Assembly: GCA_964451985.1 (NCBI GenBank)
Contig: CAYVKB010000002.1
Coordinates: forward strand, 32,240-96,239
DNA from: an uncultured Fimbriimonadales bacterium
GTDB lineage: Bacteria; Armatimonadota; Fimbriimonadia; Fimbriimonadales; GBS-DC
Direction of reading: 5' to 3'
DNA: 64,000 nt
In this document: positions 35,908 through 45,178 of the stretch, piece by piece
How the letters are laid out: each line of letters opens with the position of its first letter
Position numbering within the stretch: position 1 is the stretch's first letter
Made by a program: the position numbers and the translations under genes
The notes under the pieces: model-generated
Database searches by the model: none
What the model saw: the letters and a program-made list of their open reading frames with translations, nothing else
Told to the model about the DNA's origin: nothing

Positions 35908-36534
35908 ATGATTATCGTGATTGCAAGCCACAACCGTTCCAAGTCGCGCGAGATCGAGCAACTCCTGCGGGCGGGGCTAAACGACTTGCCTGTGGAAGTG
36001 CGTCTGCTGGCGGACTACCCCAACGCCCCCGAGCCGCCCGATGAGAATGCCGACACCTATGTGGGCAACGCTGTAATCAAGGCGCGCGCTTGTGCTGCGT
36101 TCACGGGCACTATCAGCTTTGCCGACGATGCCGGGCTGGAAATCGACGCGCTGGGAGGCAAGCCCGGTCTCTACTCCCGCCGATTTGCAGGCGAGGAGAC
36201 CCCCTTCAGCGAGAAGATGGGCATCATTCTGGAAATGCTCAAAGACACGCCCTCCGAACGGCGTACCGCGCGGTTCCGCTGCGCCGTCGCCATCGCCCTA
36301 CCCAGCGGCGAAGTCTACACCTTCGAAGACACGCTGGAGGGGCGCATCGCTGATGCTCCACGCGGTCAGGCAGGCTTCGGCTACGACCCAATTTTCTATG
36401 TGCCCAGTCTCGGCTGCACCCTCGCCGAATTGCCCAGCGAATTCAAAAACCGCATCAGCCACCGCGCCCGAGTAATGCGCCAAGCGATCCCGAAGTTAAG
36501 GGAACTTTTGTGTCAAGTCGAACTCCACTCCTGA
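35908..36534 (+). CDS. rdgB: dITP/XTP pyrophosphatase (RdgB/HAM1)
   Basis: MIIVIASHNRSKSREI...FADDAGLEIDALGGKPGLYSRRF...GFGYDPIF...NRISHRA. Confidence 0.9.
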   Translation: MIIVIASHNRSKSREIEQLLRAGLNDLPVEVRLLADYPNAPEPPDENADTYVGNAVIKARACAAFTGTISFADDAGLEIDALGGKPGLYSRRFAGEETPFSEKMGIILEMLKDTPSERRTARFRCAVAIALPSGEVYTFEDTLEGRIADAPRGQAGFGYDPIFYVPSLGCTLAELPSEFKNRISHRARVMRQAIPKLRELLCQVELHS

Positions 36535-36560
36535 CAGGGCAGTAGGTATACTTTTCGCCA

Positions 36561-37808
36561 ATGAACCTGCATCAGACCACCTTGAGCAACGGCGTTCGCG
36601 TTGTGGCGGAGGCAATCCCCACCGTGCAGTCGCTGACCGTGAGCATCTGGATTCGCGCGGGATCGCGCGACGAGCTACCCCACCAGCACGGCATCGCCCA
36701 CTTTTTGGAGCATATGCTGTTCAAGGGCACGTACACTCGTACCGCCGCCCAGATTGCCCAAGAAATTGAAGGACGCGGCGGCGTGCTGAATGCCTCCACA
36801 GGCAAAGAACTCACTTTCTACTATGCCCGCATGCTTGCCGAGCATATGCCCGTCGCCGTCGAAGTGCTGAGCGACCTTTTTCTGAACGCCCGCTTAGCCC
36901 CCGACGATATCGAGCTCGAAAAAGGCGTAATCTTGGAAGAGATGCGCATGATTGAAGACACGCCCGACGAGATTCTGCACGATCGCGTGTCAGAGGTACA
37001 TTGGGGCGACCACCCGCTGGCGCGACGCATCATCGGCACGCCCGATACCGTGAGCGCGTTCACTCGTGAGATGCTACTGGAGTTCACCCGCACCCACTAT
37101 CGCCCCGAGCGTGTGGTGGTGGCGGCAGCAGGCAACTTAGACCCTGACGCGCTGTTTGCGGAAGTGGATCGTTGGCTGGGACGCTGGAACCCTGAACCGC
37201 CCGCTGCCGACGCGCCCGCACAGCCTATCCCGTCGCGCTACCCGAACGCCCCGCCACACCATATCGAAACCCGCGATGTGGAGCAGACTCACTTCGCCCT
37301 CGTGATGGACGGCGTGTCGTTTTTCGACGAGCGGCGCTACGCCCAGGCGGTGCTGAACACCCTGCTGGGCGGTAGCATGTTCAGCCGACTATGGCAGGAG
37401 GTGCGTGAGAAACGCGGACTTGCCTACGAAATCGGCAGCTACGCGATGCCGATGTCCGACGGCGGGCTATTCGTAATTTACAGCGGCGTTGCGCCCAGCG
37501 CGTTTGAGCAAGCCGTGCAGGTCATCGATACCGAACTGGGCAAGCTACTTACCGAGCCGCCCAGTGATGACGAGGTGGCGAGTGCACGGAACCTGCTTAA
37601 GGGCAACCGCGTGCTGGCGCTGGAGTCGACGCAGGCGCGCACGGAACTCATCGGCAGCGAGACCCTGATGCGTGGCTACGTGACCCCGATGGAGGAGATT
37701 ATCGCCCACATCGACGCCGTCACGCCCCAGAGCATCCACGCGCTCACCCAGCAACTGCTGACCCCCGAACGGCGTACCCTCGTTGCAATCACGCCAGAAG
37801 AGGTATAA
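36561..37808 (+). CDS. M16-family (pitrilysin/insulinase-like) zinc peptidase
   Basis: GIAHFLEHMLFKGT inverted zinc motif (HxxEH). 415 aa. Confidence 0.9.
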   Translation: MNLHQTTLSNGVRVVAEAIPTVQSLTVSIWIRAGSRDELPHQHGIAHFLEHMLFKGTYTRTAAQIAQEIEGRGGVLNASTGKELTFYYARMLAEHMPVAVEVLSDLFLNARLAPDDIELEKGVILEEMRMIEDTPDEILHDRVSEVHWGDHPLARRIIGTPDTVSAFTREMLLEFTRTHYRPERVVVAAAGNLDPDALFAEVDRWLGRWNPEPPAADAPAQPIPSRYPNAPPHHIETRDVEQTHFALVMDGVSFFDERRYAQAVLNTLLGGSMFSRLWQEVREKRGLAYEIGSYAMPMSDGGLFVIYSGVAPSAFEQAVQVIDTELGKLLTEPPSDDEVASARNLLKGNRVLALESTQARTELIGSETLMRGYVTPMEEIIAHIDAVTPQSIHALTQQLLTPERRTLVAITPEEV

Positions 37809-37847
37809 TGAGTGCACGCGGGGCAATCCCCGCGGAGGCGAAAACTT

Positions 37848-38078
37848 ATGTTCGGGAGCATCGGCTTTAGCGAAATCATGGTCTTGTTCGTGATTGCGCT
37901 GCTGATTTTCGGTCCGCGCAAGCTGCCCGAAATCGCGCGCTCCGTCGGACAAGCCATGCGCGAATTCAAAAAAGCAGGCGAGGAAGTCACACGCTCGCTC
38001 GAAGAGCCTGTGGACGACCTACGCGACCGCATTCAGCAGACAATCGAGTTTGAAGAGGAGCGACGATGGAGATCCTGA
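37848..38078 (+). CDS. tatA: twin-arginine translocase subunit TatA/E
   Basis: MFGSIGFSEIMVLFVIALLIFGPRKLPEIARSVGQAMREFKKA. Confidence 0.9.
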   Translation: MFGSIGFSEIMVLFVIALLIFGPRKLPEIARSVGQAMREFKKAGEEVTRSLEEPVDDLRDRIQQTIEFEEERRWRS

Positions 38079-38296
38079 AAATCATTCTGACCTGGGTAGA
38101 CATGATTATCATGGTGCTGTTCATCGGGCTGGTGGCTATCCAGACCTCGCGTTCGGAGGGGATTTTCAGTCCTGGCGCGGCGGACAGTATGTTCGGCAAA
38201 GCCAAGCCCGGCTTCGATGACAACCTGTCGCGCCTCACGCTGATTCTGGCGGTCGCGATGTTCGCCCTCACCGCGATTGTGACCTACATGCCCTGA
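38066..38296 (+). CDS. secG: preprotein translocase subunit SecG
   Basis: 76 aa, two TM helices. ...LFIGLVAIQTSRSEGIFS...FGKAKPGFDDNLSRLT pattern. Confidence 0.75.
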   Translation: MEILKIILTWVDMIIMVLFIGLVAIQTSRSEGIFSPGAADSMFGKAKPGFDDNLSRLTLILAVAMFALTAIVTYMP

Positions 38297-38937
38297 TGGT
38301 ACACATCGAGAAACTGCCGCTGGGCGTGCTACAGGCGAACTGCTATATCGTACAGTGCCCTGCCACGCGCGCAACTGCGATTATCGACCCCGGACTGGAG
38401 CCTGAGCGAATAATTGAACGCCTGCGCGCCCTGGGCGACCCGCCTGTCGTTGCGTTATTAGCTACGCACGGACACTTTGACCATGTGGTGGGCGTGCGCA
38501 CCCTCAAACAATACACGAACGCCCCCTTCTGGATTTCTCAGGAAGAGTGGGAACTCTGGGCACAGTACGCGCACGAGCATCCTGTCTATCTGAACTTACC
38601 CCCAACAGAACCCGTGCCCCAGCCCGACCGATACCTGCGCGAGGGCGAGCAATTTGCGATAGGCGCGCTGCACTTTGAAGTGCTGGCGCTGCGCGGGCAC
38701 GCGCCCGACCACATCGGATTCCTGCTGAAAAACACGCAGCCCATGCGCCTGTTCTGTGGGGACGCCATCTTTGCCGGCAGCGTCGGACGCACGGACATCC
38801 CACACGCCGACTTCGAGACCTTGCATCATCACCTGCATACCCGCGTCCTGAACCTGCCCGACGACACCATCCTGCATCCGGGACACGGACCCGACACCAC
38901 CGTCGGCATAGAGAGGGCGACTAACCCGTATCTGTAA
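38296..38937 (+). CDS. MBL-fold metallo-hydrolase (glyoxalase II-like)
   Basis: LLATHGHFDHVVG...GDAIFAGSVGRTD...HPGHGPDTT. Confidence 0.85.
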   Translation: MVHIEKLPLGVLQANCYIVQCPATRATAIIDPGLEPERIIERLRALGDPPVVALLATHGHFDHVVGVRTLKQYTNAPFWISQEEWELWAQYAHEHPVYLNLPPTEPVPQPDRYLREGEQFAIGALHFEVLALRGHAPDHIGFLLKNTQPMRLFCGDAIFAGSVGRTDIPHADFETLHHHLHTRVLNLPDDTILHPGHGPDTTVGIERATNPYL

Positions 38938-38962
38938 AGCACTCGGAGGTATACTCTCCTAG

Positions 38963-39326
38963 ATGATCGGCGTGCGAAGCACACTCCCGCCGCCCGATAT
39001 CGAGTATCCCGACACGGACGGAGAACCGATGGCGAACAACACGATACAGGCGCAAATGATGATGACCTTCCAAGAGAACCTGGAGGCGATGTTCCGCCAC
39101 TACGACGAAGTGTTTATCGCCATCGATCTGTTTTGGTATCCCGTCAATGGTAACAACATGGAGCGTACCCCCCCGATATGATGGTGGTCTTCGACGCCCG
39201 AAGGACACCGACGCTCCTACAAGCAGTGGGAAGAAGGTCAGGAAGAACACGAACGTGCCCAACAAATGGCGCAACGCCTCCCAAGCACCGGAAGCTGAAC
39301 TCAAAGGGCTGAAAGGCGAGGCATAA
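38963..39326 (+). pseudogene. Uma2-family (DUF820) endonuclease remnant
   Basis: IEYPDTDGEPMANNTIQ...DLFWYPVNG, then a stop. The continuation PDMMVVF..R(S)YKQWEE is seen only after frame changes. The nuclease core is missing. Confidence 0.6.
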
Positions 39327-39358
39327 AAAACAAACCCTTGTGCCCACAGGAGAAAACC

Positions 39359-40114
39359 ATGCCAAACATCGGACTGCAACTGTATACGCTGCGCGACGAC
39401 CTGAAAACGGACTTCGCGGGCACTATCCGCGCCGTCGCGCAAATGGGCTACGATTACATCGAGACCACAGGCTTTATGGGCGAACACAGCCCTGTGATGC
39501 AGCAACTGCTCGACGAGACGGGGCTGAAAATCGCAGGGCTGGGCTTCGACCTGCACGCGCTGGAGACTGAACCCCAAGCAGCTATAGACGCCTGCAAGCA
39601 GTGGAATGCCCACTACGCTGTGACCTTCTGGATACATGACGCCGAACGGCAAAGCGCAGACGACTGGCGGCGCATCGCGGAACGGTTCAATCGCATCGGC
39701 GAATCGCTGGCGCAGGGGAATGTACCTTTTCTATACCACATTCACGGCTACGAGTTCACTGAATACGACGGCAAACGCGCCATCGACCTCCTGATGGAGA
39801 ACACCGACCCGCACTACTTCAGCTTAGAAGTGGATACTTACTGGGCGGAGTTCGGCGGCGTGAACGCGTTGGAGTTCTGCGCCCAGTACGCCGACCGAAT
39901 CTGCGCCCTGCACCTGAAAGACTACATCAGCAAGCCCGAAATGCACGATATCGAAGTCGGCGAGGGCGCGATTGACATGCACGGCGTGCTGAAACTGGCA
40001 GTCCAACACGGCTGGGAGTGGCTGATTATCGAGCAGGAACGCTATATTCGCACGCCCCTCGAAAGTGCGGCGCGATGCCTGCATAATGTGGAACGGATGC
40101 TGAGAACCCTGTAG
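39359..40114 (+). CDS. sugar phosphate isomerase/epimerase (xylose isomerase-like TIM barrel)
   Basis: MPNIGLQLYTLRDDL...GYDYIETTG...HLKD...EQE. AGGAGA RBS. Confidence 0.85.
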   Translation: MPNIGLQLYTLRDDLKTDFAGTIRAVAQMGYDYIETTGFMGEHSPVMQQLLDETGLKIAGLGFDLHALETEPQAAIDACKQWNAHYAVTFWIHDAERQSADDWRRIAERFNRIGESLAQGNVPFLYHIHGYEFTEYDGKRAIDLLMENTDPHYFSLEVDTYWAEFGGVNALEFCAQYADRICALHLKDYISKPEMHDIEVGEGAIDMHGVLKLAVQHGWEWLIIEQERYIRTPLESAARCLHNVERMLRTL

Positions 40115-40174
40115 CAGGAAATCAAACCGCGAGAGCGAATCTGCCGTATGGAATAATCAAGAGGGATGATTTCT

Positions 40175-40525
40175 ATGTTTGCGCTGAACTTCTATACGGA
40201 TTTGTACGAGGATATGCTGCGTACCCTGCGCAAGACGGCGACGATTCGGCTCGGCGATAAGTCGCGTAAATACAGTGCAGGGCAGATTGTGTGGATCACT
40301 GTGGGACCGCGCTTCGGCAAACGCAAGCGACTGTTCACAGCGATCCTGGATCGCGTGGAGGTCAAGCCGATTGCCGACCTCAGCCCGCGCGACATCGAAC
40401 GCGAGAACCCTGAGTTTCGCACGGTGGAGGATGTTATCGCGCTGCTGGAGCGCATCTACGACCGCCCGGTGTCGATGGACGATTTAGTGACGGTCATCTA
40501 CTTCTCGCCTGTCGACGAGGGTTAA
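40175..40525 (+). CDS. ASCH (PUA-like) domain protein
   Basis: GRKTATIRLGDKS-type pattern (LRKTATIRLGDKSRKYSAGQIV). Start at ATG 40175 or 40166. Confidence 0.65.
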   Translation: MFALNFYTDLYEDMLRTLRKTATIRLGDKSRKYSAGQIVWITVGPRFGKRKRLFTAILDRVEVKPIADLSPRDIERENPEFRTVEDVIALLERIYDRPVSMDDLVTVIYFSPVDEG

Positions 40526-40566
40526 TCCCCTCCGCGCCGCGCCTGTAGCAGGTACACTTGAAGTGT

Positions 40567-41460
40567 ATGATTAAGTTCTCCAACGGCGAGCAGGTGGAGT
40601 TTTTCACGGGCAGTGGCGCGTTGGGCTTCGACGGGCGCGGGTGGTGGTGGGAGTACCCCCTGCGTTGGATGGGTGTTTTGAATCCCCACGATTTCGCGAT
40701 TGTGGTGAAGACTCTCACGCTGCGCCCGCGTCGGGGCAACCTGCGCTGGTACGCCCCGTGGCGCTGCGTGCGCCTGATACGCGGCGGCACGGTGAACGCT
40801 GTTGGCTTGACCAACCCCGGGATCGATTGGTGGCTGCGCGCCTGCTACCCCCGGATGCGCCGCATGGGGCTGCAGATTGTGGTCTCGGTGTACCCCGAAA
40901 GCCTTGAGGAGGCGCAGGCGTTCGCCGAGAAGCTGCGTCCGCTGCAAATCACAGCGATCGAGCTGAACGCCTCCTGCCCGAATGTGGAACACTGCGAGGT
41001 GGACGCCGTGAACCATGTGCGCACAATCGCCCAAACCTTAGCCGACACGGGGCATCCCCTGATTGTCAAGGTGGGCTATGACCAGCCCTATGTAGCAATT
41101 GCACAGGCGTTGGAGGGCGTCGCGGAGGCAATCCATGCGATTAACGCCGTGCCATGGCGCATGGTGTACCCGAATCAGCCGTCACCCCTGGCGAAACTGG
41201 GCGGGGGCGGCGTGTCAGGCGAGCCGATACGACCGTATGTGCGCGAGGCAATCCAGCGTCTCACGCAAGCCACCATACTACCTATTATCGCAGGGGGCGG
41301 AATCTACACGCTATCGGACATGCAGGAACTTTGGGAGTTAGGTGCGCGGGCGTTCAGCATCGGCACGCTGTTCCTGCGCGCTCCGTGGATGCCGAACCGT
41401 CTTGTCCGCGCGTGGCGCGAGGCGCAAGCCTATGCCTACCACCTACGCGAATCTCACTGA
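40567..41460 (+). CDS. dihydroorotate dehydrogenase-family protein (class 1-like)
   Basis: NAVGLTNPGIDWW...IELNASCPNV...GGGVSGEPIRP...IIAGGGI. Leaderless-type ATG at 40567. Confidence 0.7.
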   Translation: MIKFSNGEQVEFFTGSGALGFDGRGWWWEYPLRWMGVLNPHDFAIVVKTLTLRPRRGNLRWYAPWRCVRLIRGGTVNAVGLTNPGIDWWLRACYPRMRRMGLQIVVSVYPESLEEAQAFAEKLRPLQITAIELNASCPNVEHCEVDAVNHVRTIAQTLADTGHPLIVKVGYDQPYVAIAQALEGVAEAIHAINAVPWRMVYPNQPSPLAKLGGGGVSGEPIRPYVREAIQRLTQATILPIIAGGGIYTLSDMQELWELGARAFSIGTLFLRAPWMPNRLVRAWREAQAYAYHLRESH

Positions 41461-42616
41461 GATTATCCACGCCTTCGGCGCGCGTCCTGCAACGACCGAA
41501 GCCGAGTCGCGCCTGCGGGCGTACCTGATGCGCCGCCTACAGGAGCATGGGCTAAAGGTGTTCGAGCAGCCGTTTCAGAGTGTGCCCTCGCTTGCACCGA
41601 TGTGGCTGGTGGTCTCCACGCTGTTTGTACTGTCGGCTGCACTGGCATGGGGGAACACAAGTGGGGCATGGCTGTTCAGTGCGATTGCCAGCGTTGTGGC
41701 GATGCTGATGTTTTGGGGCTTGGTCAGCGGGCGCTGGGATGTCTCGCGCTTCTTTCCGCAACGCCCCAGTGCAAACCTGATTGCCGTCGCGCCCGCCCAG
41801 CATGCGCCGCGCCGCACAGTTGTGCTGATGGCGCATATCGACACTCAGCGTGCCACACTAATGTGGCATCCCAAGCATGTGCGGGCGTTTGGGCGCAACT
41901 TCCAGCTGCAGGCAGGCTTGCTGATTCTGCACTCGCTGCTGGCGATTGCGCTTGCGCTGTCGCCGTTGTGGGGGCAGGCGTGGCTGGTGGGAGTGGCGCG
42001 AGGTGTGATGACGCTGGGCGGTCTGGTCGCACTGTATGGGATGGGTGTGCTGCTGCATCGTGAAATTGCCCTACCTTATGTGCAAGGTGCAAACGACAAC
42101 GGTTCTGGAACCGCTGCCCTACTGACAATTCTGGAGCGCCTCGCCGAGAACCCACTGCCTGATACGGAAGTGTGGGGCGTGTTCACAGCCTGTGAGGAGG
42201 TGGGCAGACCAAGCGGCGCATTCGCGTTTGAGCGCGAATACGGCTACCAACTGCACGACGCCGAATTTCTGATTATCGATCACATCGGCTTGGGCGAGCC
42301 GCGCTATCTAACGGTGGAGGCGATGCTGCCCCGCGCCCGCGCTCACTCCGAAATGGTTCAGCAGATGGAGCAGCTCGCCGCCGCACACCCGGAGTTCCAC
42401 CTCAAGCCCAGTGCCGTACCTCACGGCGCCTACACCGATGCGCTGCCGTTCTACTTGGGAGGCTACAAAGCCATCGCCTTGTGGTGCGAGCTGGAGCCTA
42501 ACCTGCCCCCCAACTGGCACTGGATAACTGATACGCTGGAAAACATAAACGAAGCCGACCTAGAGCGGGCTGTTGCGGTAGTGGAGGGGTTTCTTGAGTT
42601 AGGTGGATGTCGCTGA
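41432..42616 (+). CDS. M28-family aminopeptidase with an internal TM segment region
   Basis: MAHIDTQ...GANDNGSGTAALLTI...ACEEVG. Start set at ATG 41432, overlapping the upstream gene by 29 nt. Confidence 0.7.
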   Translation: MPTTYANLTEIIHAFGARPATTEAESRLRAYLMRRLQEHGLKVFEQPFQSVPSLAPMWLVVSTLFVLSAALAWGNTSGAWLFSAIASVVAMLMFWGLVSGRWDVSRFFPQRPSANLIAVAPAQHAPRRTVVLMAHIDTQRATLMWHPKHVRAFGRNFQLQAGLLILHSLLAIALALSPLWGQAWLVGVARGVMTLGGLVALYGMGVLLHREIALPYVQGANDNGSGTAALLTILERLAENPLPDTEVWGVFTACEEVGRPSGAFAFEREYGYQLHDAEFLIIDHIGLGEPRYLTVEAMLPRARAHSEMVQQMEQLAAAHPEFHLKPSAVPHGAYTDALPFYLGGYKAIALWCELEPNLPPNWHWITDTLENINEADLERAVAVVEGFLELGGCR

Positions 42617-42653
42617 AAGGGTATACGCCTCTGCTTCAATCTCAGAGACTGTA

Positions 42654-43553
42654 CTACACATCCAGCGAGGCAGAGGCAGGCACAATCTTCCCATGCTCGC
42701 GCGTAAGAAAATGCACTTCGCGGATGCCGTTGCGCAGTAGGTGTTCACGCGCCTCGTCCAAGCCGAAACCGACTTGAGTTGGGCGGTGGCTGTCGTCGCC
42801 GATGCAGAACATCACGCCCATTCGCGCACCCAGTCGCACTATCCAGTCGGCGGGGTAGGGCTGGTCTAAGCCTTTGCGCAAGGCGGAGGTGTTCACCTCC
42901 ACGCGCGCGCCTACGCTGCGAATCGCCTCCAACGCATATTCGGCGGCGCGGCGCACGCGCTCCGTTGATATCTGCTCCAGCATGCCCAAGCGCGCGGCTT
43001 TCAGGCGCACCAAATCCAGATGCCCAATCACCTCCGGGCGCACTGCTTGTGCCATCTCCGCCACCTTGTGATAATACCGTACAGCAACCTCCTCCATCCC
43101 ACCCACCTGTGCCATCATGTCGAGAAAGTTCTTATCAGAGTAGCCATCGATAGAGGCATCATGCAGGTAATGCACCGAACCGACCATATAGTCAAATTGA
43201 TACTTCTGGCGGTAGTGTTGCACCAGCTCCGCATAGCGGTCTTGCGGCACTACTTCGATTTCGAAACCGCGCAGAACGGTCAGTCGGTCGGCGAATTCGT
43301 CGGCGAGTTGACTAATCGTGTGCGCGTAGCGGTCGAAGATTTCATCTAAGGTCTGTGGCGTCCAGCCCCACTCAATCTCTTTAGGGTAGAGGAACTTGGC
43401 TTCTACACGGGGCATATGCTCCGCCACACCGAACACATGATAACCTGCCTGATGTGCCGCTTCCAGAATCTCGCGCAGGCTGCCCTCAGCGTGCTCACAG
43501 AACTCGCCGCTGTGCCCGCCATGCAGCGAGATCTTCCACTCCGCCTTTTGCAT
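42654..43553 (-). CDS. histidinol-phosphatase, PHP family (HisJ/HisK type)
   Basis: ISLHGGHSGEFCEHA...GVAEHMPR...GSVHYL...IGHLDL...DDSH. Confidence 0.85.
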   Translation of the reverse strand: MQKAEWKISLHGGHSGEFCEHAEGSLREILEAAHQAGYHVFGVAEHMPRVEAKFLYPKEIEWGWTPQTLDEIFDRYAHTISQLADEFADRLTVLRGFEIEVVPQDRYAELVQHYRQKYQFDYMVGSVHYLHDASIDGYSDKNFLDMMAQVGGMEEVAVRYYHKVAEMAQAVRPEVIGHLDLVRLKAARLGMLEQISTERVRRAAEYALEAIRSVGARVEVNTSALRKGLDQPYPADWIVRLGARMGVMFCIGDDSHRPTQVGFGLDEAREHLLRNGIREVHFLTREHGKIVPASASLDV

Positions 43554-43771
43554 AGCAGCGAAGAGTATACCCCGCCACCACTTCGAGCCAATTCCGCCAA
43601 ATTCCCGAATTCCCTGTCCGGTTTTGGACGAGTTTTGAGTCTATATGGGGTGGAATGCCTTGCGAAGGCGTTCCACAGGGCGAATTAGATAGAAATCAGC
43701 GGCGCTGGGCTTTGATCCTCCTTTCGACAGCGTCGCTTATTTTTCGAGTGGCTGGTGTATACTTATTCCTG

Positions 43772-44497
43772 ATGGACACAACAAAGCCTCTCATCGGCAT
43801 TACGGCGAACTGGAAGTTGGTGGACGAGATTAGCGGCAAAGTGAGTATGAACGATGGTTATGCGCGTTCGGTGGCTCGTGCGGGGGGCGTGGCGGTGCTG
43901 ATACCGCCCGGTGCGGATGCAGAGGCGTTGGCGGAACATCTGGACGGATTGCTAATTCCCGGCGGTGCGGATATTGACCCCAAATATTACGGTGAGGAGC
44001 AGCACCCAGAGGCGAAAATTGTGAACGCTCCGCGCTTTGAGGAGGAGTGGGCGTTGCTGCAGGCGTTCGAGGCGCGGCGTAAGCCGATTTTGGGCATCTG
44101 CTACGGCTGCCAGTTGCTGAATGTGTGGCGGGGCGGCGCGCTGTATCAGCACCTGCCCGATTTGCCTACTGTGACCCTCAAACACCAGCGCACCAGCTCC
44201 GACGAGCCGTTCCCGCGCCACTTTGTGGAGGTCGCCACCGATTCGAAGTTGGCGCAGATTGAGGGGCAAACGCGCTTCGAGACCGTGAGCGCGCACCATC
44301 AGGCAATACGCACGCTGGGCAAGGACTTAGTGATTACCGCCTACTCGCCCGACGGCGTGATAGAGGCGATTGAAGACCCTACACACCCGTTCTTTATCGG
44401 CGTGCAGTGGCATCCGGAACGCGACCCTGACGCTCCCGCCACGCGTCGCTTGTTCGAGGCTTTCGTTCAGGCGTGTGGGACACATCGGAGCGGCTAA
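43772..44497 (+). CDS. class I glutamine amidotransferase / peptidase C26 (gamma-glutamyl-GABA hydrolase-like)
   Basis: PLIGITAN...IPGGADIDPKYYGEE...GICYGCQLLNV...SAHHQAI...GVQWHPE. Confidence 0.85.
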   Translation: MDTTKPLIGITANWKLVDEISGKVSMNDGYARSVARAGGVAVLIPPGADAEALAEHLDGLLIPGGADIDPKYYGEEQHPEAKIVNAPRFEEEWALLQAFEARRKPILGICYGCQLLNVWRGGALYQHLPDLPTVTLKHQRTSSDEPFPRHFVEVATDSKLAQIEGQTRFETVSAHHQAIRTLGKDLVITAYSPDGVIEAIEDPTHPFFIGVQWHPERDPDAPATRRLFEAFVQACGTHRSG

Positions 44498-44595
44498 CGG
44501 CTGGGCTGTGCTGCCGTCGACTTGAGGTGCCGCACTCGCAGGGGTGACACGAGGAAAAGTGTCGGGGAACGAGTTTGGCAGCATTTGCTACATCG

Positions 44596-44940
44596 CTACT
44601 GGAGGGCGAGGCTCCCGTCGAGCCAACCCGTTCTTCGGTCTCACCGCGCGGCTTTCGGCACAACAGATGGCTCGGCAGGCGCCTCGCCCTCCAGCAGTGG
44701 TAAGGTTGCGCGATACGAGACAATAGGTTGGCTCGGCGGGAGCCTCTCCCTCCAGCAGTAGTAAGTTCGCGCGATAAGAGAAAATAGGTTGGCTCGGCAG
44801 GCGCCTCGCCCTCCAGCAGTAGTAAGGTCGCGCGATGTGAGAAAATAGGTTGGCTCGGCAGGCGCCTCGCCCTCCAGCAGTGGTAAGGTCGCGCGATGTG
44901 AGGAAATAGGTTGGCTTGGCGGGAGCCTTGCCCTCCATGG
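44596..44940. repeat. 61-nt tandem array (about 4.5 units) preceded by one inverted copy of its GC-rich core
   Basis: GGCTCGG starts at 44669, 44730, 44791, 44852 and 44913, an exact 61-nt period. Unit: GGTTGGCTCGGCAGGCGCCTCGCCCTCCAGCAGTAGTAAGGTCGCGCGATGTGAGAAAATA. Inverted core at 44596-44628. Confidence 0.9.
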
Positions 44941-45050
44941 GCTGTTGTGTGCTTTGAGGTGATTCTGGGGGAAACCTGTATTTTCGCTGTGAGGCGTGCG
45001 CAGACCTCTGCCGAAATATCCTTTACAACCCACAAGGGGAGGTGGTACAC

Positions 45051-45140
45051 ATGTTCTCGGCGATTGCCATCGCGCTTGCCGTCGCCTGCATAGTGGGAGC
45101 TTATAGCCTACTGCGCGATGCGCTTGATGAAGTATGGTAA
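45051..45140 (+). CDS. candidate 29-aa hydrophobic peptide
   Basis: MFSAIAIALAVACIVGAYSLLRDALDEVW, preceded by AAGGGGAGGTGG about 6 nt upstream. Below the ORF-track size cutoff. Confidence 0.25.
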   Translation: MFSAIAIALAVACIVGAYSLLRDALDEVW

Positions 45141-45178
45141 AGTGGCACGGGCAATCTTGTCTGTGCGTGATTGCTACG

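Noticed and set aside
38921-39652. 243-aa minus-strand ORF spanning the Uma2 remnant and the 5' end of the sugar isomerase gene.
   Set aside because: It overlaps a well-supported plus-strand gene (TIM-barrel isomerase with RBS) and the recognisable Uma2 fragments on the plus strand. It has no motif of its own.
44596-44940. Possible CRISPR array.
   Set aside because: The entire 61-nt unit is conserved between copies, so there are no unique spacers. There are no cas genes in the window, and the repeat core also occurs singly at 26.3 kb.
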